Source: a virus
Virus record (IMG/VR): IMGVR_UViG_3300043823_000114
Span: 1 to 64,000 of that record
DNA length: 64,000 nucleotides
Strand: one strand, 5' to 3'
Below, one piece after another: positions 28,635-40,600 of the stretch; position 1 is the stretch's first letter, and each line of letters opens with the position of its first letter. The position numbers were made by a program, and so were the translations under genes. The notes beneath the pieces were generated by a model. The model did not search any database, was not told where the DNA came from, and saw only the letters and a list, made by a program, of their open reading frames with translations.

Positions 28635-31600
28635 TTAACTGAGCCCCTTAATATACTGTGCTTCCACAGTATTAGAACCTTCTAATCCAAGACCATCAGT
28701 AACAGCACCAACATTTGCCCCAGTAGTAGCCAGTATATTACCAAAGTTATCTGTGACTAAGTCGCTCAAGTTATCTACAAAGTCTTGTGGAGCCCCAGAT
28801 GATTGATTCAACCAAGTAGTGGTATGTACTAAATTTCCACCTGGAATCAAGAAATTGATGTTTGTATCAACTACCTGTGTTCCCACAGTATAAACATTGG
28901 CTGCACCAGTACCATCAACAGCACGACGAATGTTAGTTAAAACATTGTTTACCATGTCGATGCCCCAGAATACGATCTTTTCACCGTTGATAAACACTAC
29001 CCCCGGGATAAGTTTGCTCACATTTGGTGAACTGATTGCTTGTGCATTGGCGATATGAATATTACTATCTGTGATATTCAAGTTTGCTGTCAAAGTAGTA
29101 ATGTGACTTTCACTGATACCATAGTATTGTGGCCAAATTGCTGTATTTGTACCGGAAGCATTACCGTTCATGTTCTGAACAATTCTGTATCCAATGTTGG
29201 CAGTAAAACCTTGTGCTATCAAATTGGCGCTCAGTGGCAATCCAACATTTGCAGCCAATCCATTCATACCAGTATAAACAGTCATATTGAGATTGTCATA
29301 AGTTACCCCTGGAACGAATTCTTCAGGCGCATGACTACTTGCAGTATCATAATATGCACCACCATCTATAATGCTATAAACATTAGAGTTGGTGTAAGTA
29401 TTCTGAATTGTAGTATCTAGATATGTTGGATTATTAAAATCATAATACTTTAGGACCAGATTAGCACCGATACTTGTGGTTGGTAGAGAACCGCTTACAA
29501 TAATCTGCCATGGGTCAACTTCTGTAATATTCAACTCATAACTTTGACTCGTATCTGTATCAACTAATACAATGGGTTGTCCACTAGCATAGTTATATTG
29601 AGTAAAGTCTACTAAATTCTCTGTGGTAATTTGATTAAACGAAGAAGAACTTGCTACTGTAACACCCAAGTTGGCAGTGTTTGCAGATATCCAGTGAGTT
29701 GCATTGTTATCAAATGTCCCAACAACATCAACTAGAGTAACTAGATTACCCACTGATGTATTATAAACAACACCAGATGCACCACTAACTGCTTGTGTAA
29801 TAACATTACCTGTATATACTACCGCAGAGTTTGTTAAGTCCAATGTAACTGTTGGAATTTGTACATTGGCGCTATAAATCGCCCGTGTATTTGCCCAAGT
29901 ATAGATGAGATTGCTACTAAACACTGAAGTATTTGCTTCGTAAGTAACACCAGTTACATTAACTCCTGGATACTCTATTCCAGTCATTAGCTGTGCAAGA
30001 TCGTTTCCTGGCATACCCGCAGTTGGTTGATAATATGCAGTGATACGGTCACTGGCATTACTAAACGAATTGGCATTGAGTAAGTTATACTTCGTATAGT
30101 CAAACACATTGCTTATTGCGATAGGATTAACGTTACTATCTGTACCATTTACTAATATATTGCCGTCTCTACGGACAAAGTTAGTCGTTAAGTTACCAAC
30201 AGTGATCGTTTGCTTAGTAGAATTTACAGACAGTACTCTCGCATTGGCAGTAGTATTTTTCTGAGTAATGTAATCTCCAATGTTAGCTTGTATATTACCA
30301 CTAGTTGTCAAAATCGCACTACTATAAACATTTGCTGTAGCTTGATATGCTTGCCCGTTATAACTTACAATACTGCTATTTGCCACAGTGATGTTTGGCA
30401 TCCAAGCAATAATATTACTATTGTATGTAATTCTGTCAAACGCAATAGTTGTAGCAAAGTTACGAACAGTGTTGTAGCTATTGTTGATAAACTGAGTGAA
30501 ACTTGAAATGCTTGTTACATTCGAATGCAAGTTGGCTGCATCACTGAAGATGTAATCCGTTGTATTGAATGATCCAACCGTATCAACTAGTGTCACAACA
30601 TTACTATTTGTAATAGTAGTATACACTGTACCATAAGCACCTGTATTTTGCTGAGTAATAATGTTACCAACATAAACTGTGACATTGCTGTATGTAGCAA
30701 GTTGTGTTGTGGGTAAGCTATCTACTTGATAATGATTTACTAATTTAGCATACCCGAACGCACCAGAACCAGTTCCGTTAATAAAGATAGTTGGCTGACT
30801 TGTGTAGCCCGACCCTGGATTGATAACTTCGAAAGATTCAATTCCGCCAGTAGAGAAGTTAACAATGGCCTGTATGTTTGCACCAGTACCACCGCCACCA
30901 ACAACAGTAACAGAGGGCGTTACTACATACCCAGATCCTGCATTAGAAACGAATACACTACCGATACCATAAGTGTGATTGTTATACCATTGACTATACT
31001 GAGGTAATGTGCTTAATAAAGTGCTGTCTCTTGGATCAGACCCATTGGGACTACGGTAAGCACCAAACGCATCAATGTATGTACTTGGGATATCAAAGTC
31101 TGTAGTATCACCGTAATATTCGTCGTTACCTTGATAATCAAGTTTATATTCACGGATACTTGTTCTATAAGGTTTGACTTCGTTGATGTAATCTTCGTAA
31201 TATGTTTGATTGTCTGGGCTATAACTTGCAGGTTGTCCCAGAGTCTTGAACTTATGTAAGATACTGATGAAACTTGTCTTGAATACCCAATCAACTGCTG
31301 GCTGTTCTGTTAGAACATAGTTTATCAATGTAAAGAACATTTGATTAAAATATACAGCCAAAGTGTCAATGAAAATATTATTCTGAATAGCATTGAAAAT
31401 AATGCGGATTTCATTACCAGTCACATTTGATGTATACAGTGTACTACTCAACTGTATTGTGCCGTTTTGAATACCAACAACATTTGTAGTAAGATCAGAA
31501 TTTACACGGTATACTGCAAACTCACCGTTACCATTGTTTAGGACTTTCACGGTGTCCCCTGCAACTAGAGTTAGAGTTGAGATGTCTGCGGCAGTTGCCA

Positions 31601-34600
31601 CAACATAAGTTGCTAGCACTGTACTGTCGTAAGTACTATCATACCAATCTGTCTTACTCCAATAGAACGGAGTATAGTAGCTTTGTTCGCTAGTCAATAC
31701 CCAAGTAGTACCAGACCATTCATAAGTCGTCCATATGCCAGATTTAGTTTCGTCTGCCAACACTAGTACAGTATAACCAGCAGCCAATACACCAGTGTCG
31801 ATATACCCAAGTTCCTCGTATGTCGCAACTTGAATATCGTATGTTGTATAGTCTGGTAATGGAGCAGATGCATACAATGGATTGATATTGAATTCTTCTA
31901 CCACTGGATACTGTATTAATATGCCGTTAACAAATTCTACCCAGTTTTGTAAAGCAGTTGTACGATTTACAAATAGAGTTTGATTTGGGGCATTGTTAAG
32001 ACCAATACTTTCTTGTACAGATAAACTTGCATCAGGAACTGCAAATCCGTTAGCATCAATACCACTCAAACTGTCAATGATTTTTTCAACAATGCGTGTT
32101 GGGATTGTACTGCTCGGATTACCTTCTTGAACTAGTTGATATTCACTGTGAATGACATGACTATTACGGATAGTATCGTAATCAACGTGTAGAACGGTAC
32201 TGTTACCAGACAAATAGTTACTGATACCATGCAAACTTACTGTATCATCTTGAATAACTGTTGCATAAGGAATCGATTGTGATTGTGGATTTTCGATAAT
32301 GTCTTGAATCGTGCTCACAGTATTTCTATGAACACTAGATTGTTCAAGACTATTCTTACCATATACCCAATAATAGTATGTGCTCTTTGGCAACTTAGTA
32401 GTTGGGTTAATAGTTGTTTCCACAACATAAGCACTGTTATCTGCGTACAATGGAGTTCCTAGTCCGTCGTAAGCACTCGGGGGCAGATCGCTAGACACCC
32501 ACTCACAAACTTGAACTTGACTTCCAGGGAACATCATACCCCAGTTGTTTGCACGGTAAGTCAGATTACCTTGTTCATAATCGATATAACGAAGAACACC
32601 AGTATTCCACCAAGTTTTAGTAGTTTGATCTGGACCCCAATGATAGTCTAAACTATATGCTAGATTTGGAATACTATCTACGCTACCAACGCTGTTATAA
32701 ACTGCTGGATCGTATGCTGTGATGAAATCTAAATCTTCTTGTGCCGCACCAAGAACTTTACCCTTAGCAGGATCAATGTAGTCTAAGTTAGTAGAGATAA
32801 CGCTATTATTAACGTTATACAAATACATTCTGCTGATACTATCAATATCAACTTTTTCAGTTTCTTGATTGACAATATCCCAACCAATATTACCATTGAA
32901 GTTGTTGTAAGTGTAAAATGTTCCAGCATTACTGATTGGCATAGGAGCGCCAGTAGTAGCATTGTAAACTATCCAAGTATTGCTTGGATCAAACGCTGTA
33001 GAGTTGCTATCACCAGGAGCACCAACGATCATAGTATTGCCATTCATAGCAACACTGTATCCGAATTGATCATGTGGGCTTAGACTATTGTTTTGTAGTC
33101 GTTGAACGAGAACATATTGGTCTTGTACATTACCAGATAGACTGCTGTTTACTAATCCATAAATGTATACAACACCTGAACCCTCAATAGTGTCAATAAA
33201 GATACTATTGTTAAGATCAAAAGTCGTTGTGTCTGTATCAAATGAAGTTGTATTCTCTGTGCTACCACCATTTGCAGAAACTACAAGAGTTTCGCTGTTG
33301 GGACTAGAAAGAATCTGTGATCCGTATTGTGCGACATCTTCCGTTCCAGGATGTTTCAATGTTTGTGCAATACTGAATACGCTTAGCCCCAAGTTAGCCA
33401 TAGCGTTACCATTACCAGGACCAATGATCAGTTTCTGATATGGAGTTGTTACATTGCTCGTAATAGTCAGAGCACCATAGCCCTGAGCAATAGCAGTAAC
33501 ACCGGCGATGTTTGCGCTGTTAATATTCTGTGCCGCTGTAATAGTATTACCAGCAGTAAATGCTACATTAATACCATTAATGCGAATACTATCACCTAGA
33601 CTGACATTACCATTGTAAGTTGTTCCTGTGATTGAGCCATAGCTTGCGCCTTGATTTACATAACGATAAACGATACCGCTGAAATATCCTGGTGCACTGT
33701 ATCCTGGGCTTGCAATATAAACATCTGCGTCATTACCAGAGATGCTTGTAGTAGTACCAAAAGCACCACCGCTAGTTGGATTTGGACTTGTGATCGTTTC
33801 TAATAGATTGAACTTGTTAGTCTCAACATTGATCAAGCTACCGATTACGGGAGCAGTAGTAAATGTTAGAGTTGTTCCAGTAAATGTATATCCGCTAGTA
33901 GCAAGATTACCATTGACTGTTACACGACTTTGGCTGTTTACATTAGAATAAGTTGTTGTATAAGTTGTACCGTTGGCAACAAATGATTCGATACTACGAT
34001 CAAATACATACACAGTTCCAGCGGCTGTAACGCCGTTGACTGCTTGATATGGGGCACTGATTGCTACTTGATTACCTGTACTAGTTGTTTTAACATTGTA
34101 CCCAAACTGTGACGATGAACTACTACCAACGCTGATAGTATTAGCGTATGAATAAGATGTGTAGAAACCAACAGTATTTGCTTGATACACATAAACATTT
34201 CCAGCATTTGGTGCCGATACATACAACCATAGACCGTCAGCGCTTGCGCTGATACTTGATCCAAACAAATCCCCCACGTTACTCAAACTTGGGCTAGTCA
34301 ATGTTTGTTGCCATAGGAAACTTGCATTGCCATTGAATTCATAGATATGAACTCGTCCATATTGCGTAGATCCGTTGCCCGGATTACCGATATATAAAAA
34401 GTTTCCAGAAGTATCTAAACTCGCGCCGAATTTAGTGCCACCACTGTATTGTCCAATATTTGCAACCAATGTAAGTGTGTTGTTATTTGTGACATTAGAA
34501 ACGAATGCATAGACATTACCATTGTTTAATAATGAACTACTTGCCGCCGCAAATGCACCACTTGCGCTGATAGTTGATACCGTACCAAAACCAACATTAC

Positions 34601-37600
34601 TAATGTAGCTGTTAGCATCTAGCTTCATGCTTGGGTTGAAGATGCTAGTGTTACCAGACCATGGGGTTGATTTGTTATAAACTACCCATCCGCCAGTTTC
34701 TGCATCTGTATCAACCCAAAGTTTATCATTGTCCAACCAATCATGTAGCGGAGCAATGCTGTTCAAATCTGTTGGACTATCAAGACGAACACTTTGTAGT
34801 CTGTATAAAGAACCAGTACCAGCTATCTTGATTGCTTGTTTAATCTGATCTGCGGCCTGTGCTTGGAATACTACGCTGAAGTTATAAGCATCAACAACCC
34901 CGTATACACGGTAGAACGCATTAACTCTAACATCAAAGTTTGACAACACAACGATATCGCCATAAGCCACATTATGTGGGCTACTTGTTGTTATAACACC
35001 GATGTTATCAACGCTATATGAAACTTGAGTTACATTAACATCTGTTTCATTAATACGGAATACATTCCAGTTACCTGTCAAATCTCTCGCTGTCCATACA
35101 GTTGAAGCAATACCGTATTGATCTATGTTAGCACTTAAATCATTGAGATTTGCATTGATATCAAATACTGTAGTTGTAATATCATTGATATTGACATATC
35201 CAGCTGTTTGTACATCGTTTTTGTAGTTGCTAGATGCATCACGGTTCACATAGATTGAAGGAGTATAACTTCCTTCAGTTTTGTATAATTGACTAGGTTG
35301 TACACCAATGATTCCACTGATACTTGAACCATTATTAGGTAGAAGTTGTAATGTTACTGGATCACCGTTGAATGTGCCTTCAGTTAAAATCAAGTCAACA
35401 CTACGATTATTGTCTAAAGCACCGTATTCACCGACACGCATAGCCCATTCTTCATAGACATCAATTTCACTTGTCGTACCATTGACACCGGTTGCAGTAA
35501 ATGCAGTGATAGCATTCATTGTACCCTTTTGACGAATATAACCCTGATAGAATTTTGCTTGGGTAACTTCGTCTAGGCCGAAGTTTGTCAAATAATCTCG
35601 TGGTTGGAATCCGATAGCACTATCACTATATAAGTGGAAGTCACCCAATACTTCTGGGTTATCGACATCATTAAATCTATTGAACTTCTCAGCATTGTAG
35701 CTGAAGTTTGGTAGTAGACCGGTCTTGAGTTCATCACTAGACAAACGAGCCCACAGCGTATTATCAAATGTTGTTGCGGCAGGAATGTCTTGTAGCGCAG
35801 TGTAATTAAAACTCTTGTAACTTACGATAGCACCCAATAGATAATCTTTGCCCTGTTGCCAAGCATCCACTGTTGTGTTATTGAACACAAATCCAGGAGG
35901 ATTCATAGCACCAGTCCAAGAACCTGTTTTCTTACCAACAAGTTTTAAACGGTATTGTCTATTGCCAAGTTCTGGAACATAGATGATGTCATTAAAAATA
36001 TCTTTATTGTCAAATAACATTACGTGTTCGTATTCGACAACATCTAGTTTTATCAGAGCAATAGTTTGTCCACCATTGACTGTTATATCACAAGTATTAC
36101 CAGTAGCACTATTTTGTCTATTGACACTCATCTGGCTATATTTGACAAAATTATAACTAGTATCTAGAACACAGCTAGAACCCGGTTGATTGTCAATCTT
36201 ATCAACAACACCCAGCGGAGTGAATAACGTTGTATGATTCAGTATTGGGCTCAATACCAATATGCTACTTGCATTCCATCCTTGTTGTGCCCAAGTTAAA
36301 AATTCTTTAGCACTGAGTAAGAAGTCTCGTTGAACTCCCAAATCAGGGTCAGAATCAATAAACTTAAACCCAACACCCTGTAGATATCTTTGATAACTCA
36401 CTAAGAAATCAACAACTTGTTGTCTTGTAGTGAACTCATATCCGTAAGGAATAGTTATCTTGTATTTCTGATAATCTTGGTAAACTACAGCGGCGTCTTG
36501 TAATACAGGAATAGAATAACTTCTACCATTTACTAGACTGGGGATAATAGTGAAGTACGGAGTGGTTGTATCATATCCGCTTACTGTGAATCCAGATGCT
36601 GTCTTTTCGACAATAACTGCACTGTAAGTTACAGAGTTAGTCGGTGTAGAAGATTGTAATAGAATTCTATAACTCTCATTGGGGATTACTACACCGTTAT
36701 TAGTACTAGTCGGACTACTCTGTTCTGCAATTACTTGTATGAAACTTGAATCCGTGAATCCAGCCATCTTGTAAGAAAGTATTACATTAATAATACTTAA
36801 ATTGATGTACGAGTTAGGGTTAATCCCCAAGTATCTCAAGTTATCTGCCATCCAGTTTAGATAGCTAGCACTACGCTGAATAGTATTTGTATCACTAATA
36901 TTACCGTTAATAGCAGTAGATGCAGGAGTAATGCGTTGTAGTGTAGACGCACAAATAAACTGATTTAGTTCAGTATTTTTGTAATAGTCATTTACATTAA
37001 CTAGTGTTCCAAAATAGAAAGCAGGTTTTGCCATAGCCATAGCTCGTTGGAAAGCATATGGGAAATCACTGCTACGACGCCATGCTGTTTCTACGGGGCC
37101 TTGATCACCGATTCTCCAGTCTGCACTAGCATCTCTACTGTTGAAACTCTTGACGATAAAATCTGCTGGAGCTAACAATACCCCAGTTGCGTCTACTGGA
37201 ATAATTGTTTGTAATCCTGTACGGACGAATCTGCTATCAACATATGGGTTGCCGTTGTTCCAAACAATACCAGCAGCCATGTCGTCCCAAAGAACCATGT
37301 TGCCACCAGTATATGGAGCAGGACCATATCGTGTTTCCCACCAGCTTGGCATTGTTGTGAAGCCAATCATTTCCCAAGGATTAGTATGGGGACGATCTGT
37401 ATCAAAGTAGTATTTGAAAATAGCGCGCCAGTTTCCTGGAAGTGGTGCACCGTTGATTACATCAACAAATCTATCGTAGTTGTAAGTAAATTCGTTGCTG
37501 GCAACAAAAGTTGTATTAGTAATATAATCTATGCGATTATCACCCGCCCATTTTAAGAAGCTAGTTGTAAGCAGTTGTGTAAATTCACTGTTGCTGTAAT

Positions 37601-40600
37601 CTGTTGTTCTAAACTTTCCTGGCAAGAAATCATAGACGCTAAAGACTTGATTTGTGGGATTTACTTTAATATTGTTATAGATGCGTTTTTCAAACTCTAA
37701 CAACAAATCATCACGGTAATCACCAAACGCAGGAGTGATGCTGCCATCGTGCCCTTGTATCACATTCGTTGGAGTAATGTAAGTTGTATCGTAATATTTT
37801 TCAGGAGCAAACTTTGGATACAATCCCAACTTAGTTGGAGTTTCTGGAATATAGCACCCATCAGTACTACTATATTCATTGATAGTGATAGTATCACCAA
37901 TAGTTAATGGTGTGGTAATAGTTATACCAGCAACATTAGCATCAAAAGTATAATCTTGATCCTTGACCAACTGCGCATTATTCAAATACACCAACACAGC
38001 TTGATTACTTAAAGTTGTGTCGCTGAAAATATTACTGATTTCATATCCAGTAATCTCTGCGCTTTCTACTGTGTATGTGATAGTATTCTTAATATCGCCG
38101 TATGGCACCATATCACTATAGTACCATGGGAAGCTACTACTTTTTACAGCATTGATAGTTTTAAGTAGCGTATCAAGTAGTACTGGGATGTTTGTGAAAT
38201 CAAGCCCAGCTGTTCTAGCGCTTAGTTCTAAAATTTTATTTTTAAACTTGCTGTATTCTCTACGGGCTAAATCTAAACCATCAACAAAGTTGAAGTATGG
38301 ATCTACTAACGCAATAGGAACTGCTAATGCAGGACTTGCGTGTTGAAGAATACTACCACCCTGCGGTTTGATATTCAAGTCTCGAAGATTGCTACTACCA
38401 GGGAAACTACCAACAACTTGATTGCTGTTTGCAACCATAGTAGATAAGTGATTACGCAATTGCCCAAGAGTTAATGTTGTAAAGTTGGCATTCTTACTAT
38501 TGAAGTCTAGATTCTTTGGAACTTCGTAATACCCAAGTTGACTCACAGCACTGCTGTTGTAAATCAAAATATCAATTTGATCACCAGTAGTCAAATCAGG
38601 ATCAGTAATGTGTACATAGTTCAAAACGCCCACAGTAATCGTTTCCCAATCAGTTGTCTGAATCGAGTTACGGTATACTCTGAAATAAGGAACTGTGGCT
38701 TCTGTACTATTAGTAATATCTATTTGGAAATAACTATTATTTCCATCATAGACTCCACTAATAATTTGAAACTGCTTTTCTTGTTCAGTATTTGTTGTCC
38801 AACTATTTCTAATAGTAGAATTTGTTAAATCAGAGTTTTGTTGTAGCCAACCAACAGAGTTGATGTTTACGTCAGATTGTGCTGTACCAGCACCATCAGT
38901 AAAGTTGAATGTGTCTGAATCAAAATTGTTGGTGAACTGAATGTCCCCAATTTGATTAAAATTACGGTAGCTTAGTGGGAATCCCAATACTGGATCATTT
39001 ACTCCAGTACCAATAGCGTAGCTGAAAATTTGAGTTCCAGCAAATGTGCTATTAGTGTATGTGCTGATACTTGTACCTGTATCATCGAAAATGTCAAATA
39101 AAGGTGATTGATTAATGCCATTCTTCTGTTGTCCCTGAACCCAAGAACTACCAGTATAGTAGTATTGTAATCCCTTGTATGGACCAGACATTATAACAAG
39201 ATTGTTATTAGCATAAATGTTTTCGTCTGTTGCTGGTGCAAGATTTATTACTAAGTTACTGGAAATATCCACAACATTCACAACAAAGACTTTATCACGC
39301 ACAGTAGGATCAAAGTCGTTGGCGAAAATAACTCGCATACCTTGCTCTAATGTCACACCGTCAAGTGTTGTACCGTAGGGTTGTAATTCTACTGTACTTC
39401 TACTATCAGAGTTTGTAAAGTCAATCAAATCAACTGGAGCCACACCTACATGCCCATAGTTAAAGAGTTGGATATCAGCTTCAAACTCAATGATAGGACG
39501 ATTAGCACGAGTTGATTGGTCTAGAACAGGGGTAACACCGTTGTAAGCGGCACTAGCATTGATAATGTCAATGTGAAACCAACGGTTACTACGAGTCCAT
39601 GGATTCAAGTCAATGCTAGCTCTATTGATTGTAATATAATCAGCAGTACCCAGACCATTCACTGCAAATGGTTCTGGATTGATAAATTTAGAAACATCGA
39701 TAAGTTTTATACCAGTACCCACACCCTCAACATAATAAGTATTACCTTGATATGCCGCAGGAGTTGCAGTTGCATCAAAAGTGACTGCAAGACCGTTAGT
39801 GAATACAACCCCATTTGGGCTTTTATATCCAGTTGATCCCAAAATAGTATTTTCAACATCTACGACCCCTTGATCGGCAAAAAGCATACTGAACTGCCCA
39901 ACCATACCAGAAACAGCGGCGTCTTGATAATACAGCGCAGTCAACGGGGCTGTAATATCTGGCATTAGATTAAACAAGTTTAAACTTAAATAATCATTGG
40001 CTAGAAAATAAGAATATTCTGCTCGTGTTAACCCACTTCGAACAAATACCCGTTGTTGTGCACCGATAGTAAATGCTTGCAACAATGGATTTAAAGTGAC
40101 TATTGGATCTGCATCACTACTTAAACTGATTTGCCATGCATTACGACGAGATGCTACTGGTACTGTTTGACTGTTAACAGTCCATTTACTATCATCCAAA
40201 TCTGTATTAATAAAAATCAATGATTTTAAATTCAGTTGATTGATTGCGTTGACACCATCGAATCCATTTTCGCCGGCAGCAACAATTGCGCTTAGTCTTT
40301 GACCTTGAACTTGAGTATAACTCAATGCTGTACTCAAATCTGCTGTTCCAGCAAGAGTTAGCCGAACATAAAAGTCTTGTGCAGTTGGTTGTGGTACATT
40401 GAATGTGATAGTACCAACATCTGCACCGTTATTTGTTACTCCCAATACATCACGACTAGACAAGCTAGTTTGATTATTTTTTGTTCCGCTAGTTCCAGGA
40501 TTTGTTTGAATCCAGAATGAGTATCCGGGTTGATTTACTATGAATTGATATGTACCACCGTAGGCAAGTTGAATATTTGGATTTTCAACCCCTGATGCAG